Shown here one piece after another: positions 9,328 to 20,700 of a stretch of DNA of 64,000 nt. Position numbers and translations under genes: made by a program. Under the pieces are notes generated by a model, which was not told where the DNA came from, made no database searches, and saw nothing but the letters and a program-made list of their open reading frames with translations. The stretch lies in sequence record NC_048821.1. One strand, 5' to 3'. Position 1 is the stretch's first letter; every line of letters begins with the position of its first letter.

Positions 9328-9534
9328 ATGAGTAAACTAGCAATAGCGGCTGTGGTGGCCGCTACTTTATCAGCACCACATCCACTAACAATAACGCGTG
9401 ATTGGGAAGAAAGTTTTGACTACGACTTTCTTGCAACTGAGTTAAGAAGACCGCCTCTCAAAATCAACGCGGTTGGCACGAGTAGTCAGAACAACATACG
9501 TCATTTTTATTATTACATTAGAAGGAACAACTGA
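9328..9534 (+). CDS. Small protein with signal-like N-terminus
   Basis: RBS AAGGAG; MSKLAIAAVVAATLSA. Confidence 0.6.
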   Translation: MSKLAIAAVVAATLSAPHPLTITRDWEESFDYDFLATELRRPPLKINAVGTSSQNNIRHFYYYIRRNN

Positions 9535-9535
9535 G

Positions 9536-9907
9536 ATGTTTAAAAAGGAAAACTTGAAGATTCTTGTTATAGGGGTAGTGTTAGCGATCAGTTATCAGGT
9601 TGCCCTGAGCCTGGTGCCCAATACTTATGAATCAGAAGGCGAAATTGTCAATATCCGCGAGGAGGTTCATCAGATCGATGTCATTAACTTTCCAACCGTC
9701 GGTGAGAGTAAACGTGTCGAACCAGAAAGTCACTCCTTCGTACGCTATGAGATAGAAGTCTTAATAAACAGAAAGATAGTCTCTTGCATATTAAAGGAAG
9801 AACAATACGGTTTGTTAAACGGGACTAATTTCGTTAACATGTCTTATGAGATGATGGACAACGGTGAGTACCGTTGCATGAATTTGAAACCTGCTGAGGA
9901 CGTGTAA
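9536..9907 (+). CDS. Membrane-anchored small beta protein (paralogue of 9907..10206)
   Basis: Start reassigned to the ATG at 9536 directly after the upstream stop; N-terminal TM; EG.(I/V)..(I/V), two Cys, GE..C motif. Confidence 0.65.
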   Translation: MFKKENLKILVIGVVLAISYQVALSLVPNTYESEGEIVNIREEVHQIDVINFPTVGESKRVEPESHSFVRYEIEVLINRKIVSCILKEEQYGLLNGTNFVNMSYEMMDNGEYRCMNLKPAEDV

Positions 9908-10206
9908 TGAAAACCAGTACTAGTTGGGTGTGTCGAGCTGTTTCTGCTTCCCTGATCACTGCACTGTCGTTGTTCATAATTTGGTGTGCGGTCAATTACC
10001 AGATATTCATTGTGGAAGGTTATGTTACCGATGTGTTTAAAGTTGATGGTTCTGAGTACGATTACTTCATTCGAACGGAAGTGGATTTATTCCAATGTCG
10101 GATTGGGGAAGAAGAACATCTCATCATTGGGGAGGAGCGTCACTTGAGTGTTATGTATGGTGAGTACCCAACCGGAGAACGGACTTGTCTCTATATCGGT
10201 ATTTAA
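9907..10206 (+). CDS. Membrane-anchored small beta protein (paralogue of 9536..9907)
   Basis: TAATG coupling; N-terminal TM; same Cys spacing and GE..C motif. Confidence 0.65.
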   Translation: MKTSTSWVCRAVSASLITALSLFIIWCAVNYQIFIVEGYVTDVFKVDGSEYDYFIRTEVDLFQCRIGEEEHLIIGEERHLSVMYGEYPTGERTCLYIGI

Positions 10207-10221
10207 CATACAGTTACTTTC

Positions 10222-10235
10222 AAATCTATATAACC
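10222..10235 (+). promoter_or_regulatory. Putative early promoter variant (AAATCTATATAACC)
   Basis: Intergenic; matches the 2092-2107 motif. Confidence 0.35.
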
Positions 10236-10284
10236 TAGGTGTTAAGTAACTATCTTTCATTAACCTTTAATAAGGAATATCACC

Positions 10285-10548
10285 ATGGACTTTCTAAAAG
10301 AAAAAGCTACTGTCAATGAACTTCGTGTAATCAAAGCTGTCACTGGTCTAGCTATCGGTGGTGTTTCAATCGCGATGAATGAAGAACTTCCAGTAGGCAA
10401 GCTTGCTTGTACCGCAGCAGGTACTACGATGGCAGTCATGAATACTTCAGAAAGAGACACTCGTCGTCTAGGTGCTCGTGAAAATGCTATCTGGGAAACT
10501 GTAGGTAGTGTTGCGCTTGTTAGTATCGTCGGAAGCCTATTCTCATAA
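10285..10548 (+). CDS. Small Gly/Ala-rich hydrophobic protein
   Basis: RBS AAGGA; strongly biased codons (gct, act, cgt, ggt, atc). Confidence 0.7.
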   Translation: MDFLKEKATVNELRVIKAVTGLAIGGVSIAMNEELPVGKLACTAAGTTMAVMNTSERDTRRLGARENAIWETVGSVALVSIVGSLFS

Positions 10549-10568
10549 ATCTTTAAAAGGAACCTGTC

Positions 10569-10970
10569 ATGGAAAACTTCATCTACAATGGGATCAACTA
10601 CATGGACCTTGTGAAAGCAAGCGTTGGTGAACACACTATCTATATCAGTAAATGGGATGTAGAAAAGAAGATCAAAAACGATGTTATTCAACTTACAGAA
10701 GAACGTCCAACTGAGTTCAACACAGAACTCCATATTGAAATTAACTTGACTATTTATTCAAGTGTGATTGTTCATGTGGTTGATTCCTTGCAAGCTCTGG
10801 AGATTGCTAAAGAGCTTTCTTCTAAGCTTAGTAAAGAAGTTACCATTTATTCACATGCTCGTCATTTAGCTCGATTCCTAAAAGGTGAGCAGGTCGGTCA
10901 GGTGAAAACATTGGACGATTTCTATACGAACATCACTGAAGAACAACGAGCACTGACTCGCTTAAAATAA
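10569..10970 (+). CDS. Hypothetical protein
   Basis: RBS AAGGAA; ends just before a terminator. Confidence 0.7.
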   Translation: MENFIYNGINYMDLVKASVGEHTIYISKWDVEKKIKNDVIQLTEERPTEFNTELHIEINLTIYSSVIVHVVDSLQALEIAKELSSKLSKEVTIYSHARHLARFLKGEQVGQVKTLDDFYTNITEEQRALTRLK

Positions 10971-10985
10971 ACAGAATGCAGAAAA

Positions 10986-11014
10986 CCTCCTACTACCCAA
11001 TGGGTAGTAGGAGG
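10986..11014. terminator. Bidirectional terminator between convergent genes
   Basis: 13-bp stem CCTCCTACTACCC-aat-GGGTAGTAGGAGG, A-tract on the left and T-tract on the right. Confidence 0.85.
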
Positions 11015-11049
11015 AACCTTTCAGTTTATTTTTTTTTTCGTTCAGGTTA

Positions 11050-11949
11050 TTAAACCATCACGTTTTTGTTCTTCACTTTAGAAGCACGGTCTTTCATCTG
11101 CTCCATGATACCAGTATCACGAAGAGACTCAAGTACTGCCGTACGATCTTTAAAGCCAGACGGAATGCTGGAACCGATGTTGTTATACAACGGTAGTTTC
11201 TTCAAGAAAGTACGAGCAACTTCACGTACCGCCAGAGTATCGAACTCCGTCAAACCTGTGTATTCCATGTTGATCTCACGGATTTGACCAGCTTCGTCTT
11301 TGTTACGACGAATACCCACTTCTACAGTCGAACGAGGCATGACCGCTAGAGTCATGGCGGCGTGAGCGATGTCACGCATGTTTTCTGTAGTGTTGAACAT
11401 CAGTAGTGTGGCTGAACGTTCATCGATAAGTAGGTCACCCGGCTCACTCAGAACAACAGCACGCGGAGCACCGATGTCGGTATCGTGACCACACCATTTC
11501 ACCCAGATAGAGTGTAGGTTAGTGAAGACTTCACCTACGACGTCATTGCCTTGGAATGAAATAGGGCCTAGGGTGCGAGTACCACCAGTAGGCACGCTTA
11601 ACGTACGACCAGACCAACGAACATCACCGAACTCTAGTTCAGTACGGTCCGTTGGACCTTGCCATGTACGGGCACGTGTTTCAAACCACGCTTTAGCCAA
11701 CGCATGCAGATAGTTACCCGCAGGTAGACGACTGAATAGCGCAGGAGTGGACATCACGAAACACCAACCTTGTTGGTCAATGTGTGGATGTTCACTAACG
11801 TAAGCGTAGGAATCCGGCGCAAAGCCGTATTGACCACCTTGAGTGCCGTCCAACGTAGCGCGATCGCCTTTGTCGGTGTTGGCAAAGAAGGCAGACGAGT
11901 TAGACAGGATTGTCTTATTGCCGCGATGCGGCTGGTTAGAAGCTGCCAT
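11050..11949 (-). CDS. Tail tube protein (phiKZ gp30-position homologue)
   Basis: 299 aa, directly downstream of the sheath gene; size and synteny as in phiKZ-like phages. Confidence 0.7.
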   Translation of the reverse strand: MAASNQPHRGNKTILSNSSAFFANTDKGDRATLDGTQGGQYGFAPDSYAYVSEHPHIDQQGWCFVMSTPALFSRLPAGNYLHALAKAWFETRARTWQGPTDRTELEFGDVRWSGRTLSVPTGGTRTLGPISFQGNDVVGEVFTNLHSIWVKWCGHDTDIGAPRAVVLSEPGDLLIDERSATLLMFNTTENMRDIAHAAMTLAVMPRSTVEVGIRRNKDEAGQIREINMEYTGLTEFDTLAVREVARTFLKKLPLYNNIGSSIPSGFKDRTAVLESLRDTGIMEQMKDRASKVKNKNVMV

Positions 11950-11954
11950 CTAAA

Positions 11955-14093
11955 TTACCCCTCAGCTGCCAAGTCTTGCTCGTTGCGGGCAACGAGAGAC
12001 ATATCCATCATGTACTTACCTTTACGGAAAGCAACATAACCTGTTACGTAAAGAACGGAACGAGAATCCGCAGCACCTTCGTTGTACGTAGGTTCAACCA
12101 CTATATCTTCGAACATTGTCCCTAGGTTTTCACGACATTTCGTTTCAGCACGATCTTTAACGATCGCCGCGTATTCTTCTGCCGTGATGGTGGTGTCGCC
12201 AGAAACCAACGTCCACGTATCTGCGATGATCTTCTCAACGTTTACCGCAGTGAACACCGTAGTCCAGTCCTTAAGAACTGAATCTTGGTGAGGGTAAATA
12301 GTTGGAAGCGCAGGACGGTAAAGTTGTTCTTGGTTGTACGGACGTAAAGTACAAGCACCACTGTCGAAGTTGTTTGCTGCGTTAGGATCCGCTTCCAAAT
12401 CTACTGTTGGGTCGTACATAGTACGAAGTAGACGGTTGTTAGCGTGATCTGGAGAATTCGCTTTTAGCAACTGACCTTGAGAGTTACCACCGAACAATGC
12501 CATGGCGTAAGCAAGGTCCAGTACATGAGAGAAACGCTCGCCAGACTCTTCATTGATCTTAGCCATTTCCCACATTGCAATCATCGCACGACATGCAGGT
12601 GTACCATATTTCTCTGATTCAGGGAACAGACGAAGACGGTTAGTGATGTACGTTTGACGAGAGTAGTGTTCTTCGATGGTTGCTTCTTTTAGCCATTCTG
12701 CCGAAGCAAAGATCGCCGCATGGTCTTTACGAGACGCAAGAAGTTGGATCAGTTCGTCAACGATCTCTGAGTTGAAACCAACATCAAAGATGATAGATTG
12801 ACGGTTACGAGTCCAGTCCAAGATCTCTAGAGACTTGCGGTACTTCATGATATCTTCAAGGTATAACGCTTGAGTTACCTGCCACGCATCCTTACGGTTC
12901 AACTCTTCCACCGGACCTTTCTCAGGATCGAAGTTGTAAGAACGAGAAAGTGTCACACCTTCTGGTACCGAACGATCTTTAGTAAGGAAAGGAGAAATAC
13001 CGCCCGTAGCGTCTAGCTGAGCACCCATGTTGAACAATCGAGTAGGCGCATCTACTTCGATTGCGTAGTAAGGGATGCCTTCGTGGTTTACAGCAGTCAG
13101 TGGGTTGATTTGTTTGTAAGGCTTAACACCTTCCAAGTAAACCAAGTTTTCTGGCTTAGCTGCTTCTTCGACACTGAATAGGTCTTTACACAGAGCTTCA
13201 ATAGACTCGTGGTAAACGTGAGCTTCGTAGAACGGAGCAGCACGTGGAGTCATTGGACGGTTAGCTGTTGCACCTGTGTAAGCACCGATCGCTTCTTTAA
13301 CACCGTAACGAACGTTGTTAGCACGAGTGTCAAACAAAGTGAACTGCACTTCTTCAGTATTGATCAGTGTTTTAGCAATCACGGGAGTGCCGTAGATTGA
13401 TTTCTCGTACAACTTCATGTTGAACGGGAAGACACCGAACTGAGATACAAACTCAGCAATACGAGAGAAGTCCGCTGAACCAGAGATACCTGCATAGTGA
13501 CCCATGCGGTTGTAGATATCACCGATGCCCGCCGGTAGCTCGTAAAGTGGATAGATGGTGAAACCAGGTTCACCTTCTGCACCTTCACCAGTAATCGGTT
13601 TCAAACCTTTGTACTCAGTATCAGTGATATCAAGTAACATCGGAGTAATTTTACGACCTGGTAAAGTTACGTCACCTGAGTCTACCGGAATACGAGCACC
13701 GTTGTCATCAAGTACGAATTGTTGAGCTGCGTCACGCTGGTATTGCTGAATGTCTCCAGCAGTAACTTTAACGCCCACTGCCACACGAGCAATCTCGTTG
13801 TTTGCTGTTAGACGACGCATGCCTAGTGAAGCCTGACCACCACTAGCTAGAGTTTGGATCAGTGCCGCGATCGGGTTGTAGTACGGACCATCAGTATCTT
13901 GGATATCCCCATAGAGATCAGCCAAGTCACTCACGTTGATGTACTTTTGTCCGAGAGGTCCTTTAGGAGTAACCGCACTAATAACTGGGAAGTTACAAGG
14001 GTAGGAAGCGAGCTGAGGAGACACGATAGGACGTGAATCATCGCCGATACCTTGGTTACGGACTTGTCCCGGAACTATAGATGTAAAGGACAT
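11955..14093 (-). CDS. Contractile tail sheath protein (phiKZ gp29-like)
   Basis: N-terminal VP...N.GI.D.S and FPES..YGT..CRAMI motifs match the phiKZ sheath as recalled; 712 aa. Confidence 0.88.
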   Translation of the reverse strand: MSFTSIVPGQVRNQGIGDDSRPIVSPQLASYPCNFPVISAVTPKGPLGQKYINVSDLADLYGDIQDTDGPYYNPIAALIQTLASGGQASLGMRRLTANNEIARVAVGVKVTAGDIQQYQRDAAQQFVLDDNGARIPVDSGDVTLPGRKITPMLLDITDTEYKGLKPITGEGAEGEPGFTIYPLYELPAGIGDIYNRMGHYAGISGSADFSRIAEFVSQFGVFPFNMKLYEKSIYGTPVIAKTLINTEEVQFTLFDTRANNVRYGVKEAIGAYTGATANRPMTPRAAPFYEAHVYHESIEALCKDLFSVEEAAKPENLVYLEGVKPYKQINPLTAVNHEGIPYYAIEVDAPTRLFNMGAQLDATGGISPFLTKDRSVPEGVTLSRSYNFDPEKGPVEELNRKDAWQVTQALYLEDIMKYRKSLEILDWTRNRQSIIFDVGFNSEIVDELIQLLASRKDHAAIFASAEWLKEATIEEHYSRQTYITNRLRLFPESEKYGTPACRAMIAMWEMAKINEESGERFSHVLDLAYAMALFGGNSQGQLLKANSPDHANNRLLRTMYDPTVDLEADPNAANNFDSGACTLRPYNQEQLYRPALPTIYPHQDSVLKDWTTVFTAVNVEKIIADTWTLVSGDTTITAEEYAAIVKDRAETKCRENLGTMFEDIVVEPTYNEGAADSRSVLYVTGYVAFRKGKYMMDMSLVARNEQDLAAEG

Positions 14094-14238
14094 AAATAAC
14101 TCCGTTGGTTATTGTTTGTTAACTACAAGTTTTTTGATCAAAAAACTCACTTCCCATCAATCGTATGACAGGAAACACTGTCTTATAACTGAAACGTAGA
14201 AAGTAAGTTTCTACATAGGATTCAATACGGAGTTTATC

Positions 14239-15117
14239 ATGTTTTCTAATGCTTACGACACATACGTGGGTAAACCATTAGCACACCTAGACCACGTCCC
14301 TTCTACGCTGAAACGTTTAGCGTTAATGAAAGACTTGGTAGACATGGGTGACGGTGTGCACACTATTAACCACAATAATGGTCAAGGTATCCCTTTCCTT
14401 AACTTCCCTCTCTCTATGGTGGGTCTAAACCGCAAACCAATTACGGTAATGGATGATCGCCCCTACACAAACAAAAACGGTCTGGTGACTAACAACTCTG
14501 AGCGCACCGCTCTGTTGGTTACTGCTTTCGTGCAACAAGACGTCATTGAAGGTAACTTGAGTACCATTCGTTCTACTTCATCTGTAGTGGGTCGAGCTGT
14601 TTCCCGAGCTTGGGGTAGTCAGATCGTTCGTACCGCAGGTTTAGAAGAAGAGAAAGCACTTAGCATTTACGTTATCCTAATGCACTACTACAACTGTCTT
14701 ATTAATAAAGATGAAGGTGACTTGATCTTTGTTACACAAAACATGTGCCAACAAGCCATGGGTATCCCTCGTAACCGCAGCCTTGAAGTTCTGGAACAAA
14801 TTGGTTACATCAATACACTTCCTCAGCTGCATGAGACTTTGGTTAACTACCCAGGCATGTACAAGCTGAAGAACCTTAAGTTGAAAGACTTGGTTGCACT
14901 AGGTCAACGTATCTGGTATTCGGCGACAGGTAAACAGATTGTTGGTGCAGGTCTGGAACATCCACCATTGTTAATCGGGATGTGTGCGGCAACCGTGGCT
15001 AACAAAAACGCTTACGGTAAAACACCACTAGGAATGCAGCTGGATCCTAAGTACAATGAGAAAGGTAACCGTTCATTAATGATGACTATCACTAACTCTT
15101 ACCCTATCATTCTTTAA
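14239..15117 (+). CDS. Virion structural protein (phiKZ gp28-position)
   Basis: 292 aa, divergent from the sheath gene as in phiKZ synteny; RBS GGAG. Confidence 0.6.
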   Translation: MFSNAYDTYVGKPLAHLDHVPSTLKRLALMKDLVDMGDGVHTINHNNGQGIPFLNFPLSMVGLNRKPITVMDDRPYTNKNGLVTNNSERTALLVTAFVQQDVIEGNLSTIRSTSSVVGRAVSRAWGSQIVRTAGLEEEKALSIYVILMHYYNCLINKDEGDLIFVTQNMCQQAMGIPRNRSLEVLEQIGYINTLPQLHETLVNYPGMYKLKNLKLKDLVALGQRIWYSATGKQIVGAGLEHPPLLIGMCAATVANKNAYGKTPLGMQLDPKYNEKGNRSLMMTITNSYPIIL

Positions 15118-15141
15118 CTATCACACGTCCAAGGGGTCTTT

Positions 15142-17724
15142 ATGACAGCCAATAACTACAGCAGCCCCTTAGCGCGTTACGCCATTAAAGAGATGTACTC
15201 TAACCCTGGGGTGGCTCGTCAGTTTCAATTGCAGCTGACGCAGGTCTCCCCGGACGTTGGGTATATCAACGTCTTCCAATTCATGGGGCGTTATATTAAA
15301 ACACCGATCGAACGAGAATACTTTTTGATGTTTAACATGGCGGGCTTTGACGGCTCGACATGGAACTTCAAAGACTTACTCACCAGAGTAGACCCGGTGA
15401 ACAAATGGATTAACGTAGCTAAGATCTGTAAAGATCGCGGGATGATTATCGACATCTATGGAGATGACGGTCGTCTATACCCTAGGGATAAATGTTGGGT
15501 GATGTCTACTTATGACGGACAACACATCCTTGCTATCCAAAAACTAAGGGCTTTCAAATACGGTTGGGAACAAGCACGTTACTTACACTGCTATACAGTC
15601 CAGACCGATTTGTACAACCCAGTAACTAATCCTGATAATAAAGACTGGCCTCGCTTTACTTCTAACAATGGCAACAGTGTTGAAGAAAAAGATCGAATGA
15701 AGATCATTTACAGCGAGTACAAAAACCTTCCAGGATTGACCTCTGTTTATTTGAACGGGTATTTGTGGAATGGCTTCCCTAGTGATAGTCAGCTACTAGG
15801 TTCAGAGACCATCGAGATCACCAACGACCCGAGTGTTTGGAAAACTGAGACCTACGCCATTGATTCCCTACAGAACTTTTATTCTATCCGGGATGAAACT
15901 CGTAAGCTTATCATCCACCCTAAGAAAGAAGAAGGGGACTTCCTTTACCGTTACGTTTCAGACGTTTCGTTCTACTTAGTGGAAGGAAAGGGACGTGGCA
16001 TTTACTTGCATCGAAACCGAGCTAGTAACTTCCGTCAGTTAACACACCGAGACTTTGCTGTGGATTCTACCTTAGTGGATGACATGAGTAACTTGGAAGA
16101 CATGTTAAAGGACGAAACACGCTACTTGCGATTGGTGTATCGTAAAAACGATTATGCTCAAGAAATGCAGCACGAGTCTAGCGGAGTTCGTTATTTGTAC
16201 CGCATGAATGACCAAAACATCGTCGGTGCGTTAGTAGGAATTAACTCCACGGTGGAAGAGTGGAAAGCAGCCAACCTAGAGAACGCTGAAACTAACCTTT
16301 ACTTAGACCGCCCTTACGGTGAGTTAACTCACGAGCAAGCGGTGGAAGCGATTGGGTATAACCGAGCAACTCAGGTGTTGTGTGGCACACCCGTTTCTTA
16401 TGACCCTACTAGTGGAATGGAACTGGATGTACCTCCAGCGTGTCGAGAACACTTGACGTTATTTGAATATGACGCAGACGGCTTGTTCTTAAGAATGCGG
16501 GACTTCGCCAAGATACGACACGTGTTACCTTCACCGGACGCTCACCTGGTTGAATTCTATCCTGGGAAACCTGGCTTACGAATCCACATGGATATCGGTC
16601 GGGACACGATGGTGGTGGATAAAAACACAACCCCGCGTTTTTATTACCAGAAAGTCACTACCGAAGGTAATTTGGTTGGGGAACGTTTCTACGCGGTGGA
16701 AGGGGAACACTACACCTTTGACCGTGAAACTGGTACGGTCAACTGGGGATTACCTAGTTCCATGTTTATTGGCATGATTTTGTACAATGACCAAACGTTG
16801 TACAAAGAGTTTACTCTAGATCATATCGATAACTCATTGTCTTTCAGTGTTACCGAGGAATGGGTGCAAGGCGGGATGCTTACTGATGTTGCCCCGGCTA
16901 ACATCATGGTGATTATGAATCGTCGCTCGTTAATTGAAAATGTCGATTACGTGGTTCGTTTCCCTCACATCTATATTGTGAATCACCAGTACCTGAAAGC
17001 TGACGGTAATGACTTCGTACTTTATTGTAGCGAGTGGAGTCCTATTAGTGATACAGAGCCTGTAGAGCAAACTGAGCTTGGTTACGTTACAGGTGGGGTG
17101 ATTGGTCACAATACTCGCTACAACATCCGAGAGGACCGTGTGACGCGCACTACCATAGGTGGTAAAGTTTGGGATCCACTGAAAGTACCGGTTGCGGAGT
17201 TACATCCCCCTAGTGAGTTATTAAACCCGTACAATGGTCTTCCTTATGGTGTGAAACACTGGTACTTACCAATTCGTGATTGGGTTCCTTATGACCTGAC
17301 AGCAGGATGGAAAGAAGCTCGGGACCAAGACAAACGTATGAGTGATTACTTGACGTTGTTTGCCCGTAAACCAGAACCAGAAGTAATTCCAAGTTTGATG
17401 GACAAGTATCGAGTATTCAGTCCCTTTATGAATGCGGTTGTTAACCAGATACTTTTAGGTTTAATCGAACTGGATGACCTACCTCCGGGGGAATCTTACT
17501 CGGAAGACTATGTATTGCGTAAAACAGCGGAGTTCCAATGGTTGTTAGAACACGACCCCGTTACTCGCAACTACGATAGACGGTACTTTGCCGTATTCCC
17601 TTATGTTCAACAAACGATGGTTTCGGTTACTCCTAAGGAACTCATCTTCATCCGACGTATTAACGAGGTGTTCTTACAAAGCCGCGTTAATATAAATGGA
17701 CACTTTGAGGTTAAACATGTTTGA
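15142..17724 (+). CDS. Virion structural/baseplate-type protein (phiKZ gp27-position)
   Basis: 860 aa; synteny between the sheath and terminase genes. Confidence 0.6.
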   Translation: MTANNYSSPLARYAIKEMYSNPGVARQFQLQLTQVSPDVGYINVFQFMGRYIKTPIEREYFLMFNMAGFDGSTWNFKDLLTRVDPVNKWINVAKICKDRGMIIDIYGDDGRLYPRDKCWVMSTYDGQHILAIQKLRAFKYGWEQARYLHCYTVQTDLYNPVTNPDNKDWPRFTSNNGNSVEEKDRMKIIYSEYKNLPGLTSVYLNGYLWNGFPSDSQLLGSETIEITNDPSVWKTETYAIDSLQNFYSIRDETRKLIIHPKKEEGDFLYRYVSDVSFYLVEGKGRGIYLHRNRASNFRQLTHRDFAVDSTLVDDMSNLEDMLKDETRYLRLVYRKNDYAQEMQHESSGVRYLYRMNDQNIVGALVGINSTVEEWKAANLENAETNLYLDRPYGELTHEQAVEAIGYNRATQVLCGTPVSYDPTSGMELDVPPACREHLTLFEYDADGLFLRMRDFAKIRHVLPSPDAHLVEFYPGKPGLRIHMDIGRDTMVVDKNTTPRFYYQKVTTEGNLVGERFYAVEGEHYTFDRETGTVNWGLPSSMFIGMILYNDQTLYKEFTLDHIDNSLSFSVTEEWVQGGMLTDVAPANIMVIMNRRSLIENVDYVVRFPHIYIVNHQYLKADGNDFVLYCSEWSPISDTEPVEQTELGYVTGGVIGHNTRYNIREDRVTRTTIGGKVWDPLKVPVAELHPPSELLNPYNGLPYGVKHWYLPIRDWVPYDLTAGWKEARDQDKRMSDYLTLFARKPEPEVIPSLMDKYRVFSPFMNAVVNQILLGLIELDDLPPGESYSEDYVLRKTAEFQWLLEHDPVTRNYDRRYFAVFPYVQQTMVSVTPKELIFIRRINEVFLQSRVNINGHFEVKHV

Positions 17725-20700
17725 GAAAGATTTAAAAAGTCCCTCTCAGTCATCCGTCATTCCGGGAGCTGGTCCACAGCTCCCTAATGAAAATGACCGT
17801 GGGCGTATGCACTATATCTGGGAGATTTATGATCCAGATACAGTGAAACCGGGTGAAGCGCATCGTTATGTAGTTCCCCGAGAAAAAGAAATCGTAATTG
17901 ATCCTATCGCAGAAAAGAACTACGTGGTCACCCGCGTTAACTGGGAATCGGATTTAAAATCTACACTGGAACCTATCTTTGATAATGGTGAAGGCGATGG
18001 TGGTGCGGATGGCATCTTTGGCCTCCCTTCTGGTTTCCAAGGTGAGGCTGTCGTTGCAATTGACTACTCAGTCCGTCCTAACCGTGCTGTGATCGATGGT
18101 CAGGTTATGGCTCCGGGCGCGGCGTACGCGTTGTTGTACGAAGGCAACACCGTAGGAGATGACGGCAAAGTTATCTCTGTTGTATACTCTAACAACAACC
18201 AGTTAGTATCGAACCGCGTCCCAGTTACACTGGCAGCTTACCATGAGCTCAGCAACAAAGAGATCATGATTACTCAACCGTTCTCTGTGAACCGTAATCC
18301 TGATGAGTTGCCGGATGGGGCACGCTGTACTTTGGTTTGGTACGATATCAACGGTAACGTGATTCCTAAAGCCCGTACGTTGTCAGTCCAACACACTGCA
18401 ATGATGCGTGACCACCAAGTTGGTAAACGTTACATCACCCGTGTCGAGCTCGTGGCTCCTTGGTTCCTGAACACCAGTGATCCTAAAACGCTGAACGTTC
18501 CAGTCAACACTATGTTGCAGAACTTAGCGTTCCGTGCAGTAGTGCACTACAGTGATGGTTCTAAGTCAGACGAGCTTAGTATTGACGGTCAAAAGATTCA
18601 GCTACTTGGGTTAAACGAACACAAACCATCTACACCTAGTCAGCGCGGTACGTTGACCTTGGTTTATAACTTAGATTCGGATGAGTACATCTACGAAGCA
18701 CAACCTGGCAACCCTAACCAGTTCCGTGATTCTTACTGGATGTTGGCGGTACCGTTTGACGGCGCTTACTCTCCTAAACTCTACTCTTATCCGACTTGGG
18801 TAAACGGCCAATACATCCTGAAGCACTTCCTAACGGATTTAGACCGTAACTTCATGATCGACGCAACTGATCACGTACGTATTAATGAACTGTCCCCAGC
18901 TTTCCGTCCTACCACTTACGGTGTGGAACAAACGCTGGAACTGAACTGTCGTTTAAGTGACGTAGTTCCTACGTTCAAACCGATGATCATGCGTCAGTCT
19001 ACAACATTCGTGTTGAAGACACCGGGTACTGAACCAGGCAGTAAGTTTGACGTTCGTTATTCTTACGATCAGGGTTCTTACTCGGACCCCACGTTTAAGG
19101 CAGTTAACCAAGCAGACGGTCGTCAAGAAATCATCTTTGGTGGTGAATACGATGACATGGAAGATTGGTTAGAGCAGACGTACAATGCCGTTGAACCAGG
19201 GTTTAACCCGCAGCGTGAGAAAGGTCCTATTCGTCCTACTCACTTCGAAGTATTGGCGAGTTCGGGTAAAACATACGAATACGAAATCAGCCGTTATGCT
19301 GAAAAGATGTATTTGGATGTTCAAGAACCTCAAGGTCGGACTATCTACGTTCGCTGGATTCATGAATCCATTCAGGGTGATCGCTTGATTCTGGCTACCA
19401 CTGGTATCTCTATTGATGTTACCGAAGGTCCAGATACAGAAACGCCAGTTCCAACTACTATCGAGTTTGACAGTTCGGTACCTAACAGTATCGGTGAAAT
19501 GCAAATCATCGAGTTCTCTGGACGTGTTTACGATCAGAAAGGTGCGTTGGTAACAGACGGTCTAACTAAGATGTTGGTTAAAGGTGGTGTGATCTATGAT
19601 TCGACACCTCGTAAGGTCGACATTGGTTTAGACGGGACATTCCGTTTCTTTACATGGTCTGAACGTGTTAGTGGTTCTACTGAAACCTTTGAATTTGATT
19701 TTGAAGTTGCAGGTGAGGAACCAGAATACTTCCTAAGCAAAGACATTCGTATCACGACCAACCCTGAACAACAAATTGGTGAGTTCTTCCCTTACACACC
19801 AACTAAGGCGAGCATTAACAAAGCGGGTCGAGCGTACGGTCAATTACTGGACGAAGAAGGTACTCCATTGCGAGACACTGAATTCTTCTCTTTTGTTGAC
19901 AACGACTTGGACTCTATTCGCCGTGAGACTACGGATGAACAAGGTAAGTTCCTACTCACCCGTATCCACAAAGAAGGTCAAGATCGTACCACGTTCCACA
20001 TCGCAACTATGGGTGGTCGTAAGGAACATCTTTTACGCTGGGTGGAAACGGAACCATATGGTGACCGCATCATGCTTGATGTGGAAGACATGGATTTCGT
20101 TGGCGAAGAACCTCTATCGGTTACAGGTCGTGTTTACGACCAATATGGTGACCTAGTAGTAGGCGTGCCGGTTAAAATCGGTTACGGTCCTTTGTGGGCT
20201 ACTTACACTGATACTTTATCGGTTGAGAATGGTAAATACGAGCTAACGGGTTCTCCTAAAGAGCCGGGCATGAGTTACCAAGTGGTGGTCTGGACTGAGA
20301 ACGATTTCTCCTTTGGTACAGTGGAATGGTCTGAAGCACCTAAGGTAGCCTTCGACATTGTCATGAGTCCGGATAATGCACCGGAAGCGCCGGCAGGCAC
20401 CAGTGTTCGCATTTCGGGTCAGTTGGTGGATGAAGAAGGTAACAACTTCACAAGCGATAGCCGTACACCGGTTTACATGAAGGAACTGAAAGACGCGGAC
20501 GAGACGATCATCTACGCTGGTTTCGATGGACGCTTTGAAGCCGAAGTAGGTCCTTACGGGGACTGGGAAGAAACCACGTTTGTGTTCCGTCTAGAAAACG
20601 GTAACCAAGGTAGTCACATGATTCGTTGGATGGGGGAACCTCCACGTCTTGCAAAGATTACATTTGACGATGGATTACCAGTAACGAGTAAAGTTGGTGA

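Noticed and set aside
11955-14093. Major capsid protein, suggested by its size
   Set aside because: The motifs match the gp29-type tail sheath and the gene is followed by a tube-sized gene.
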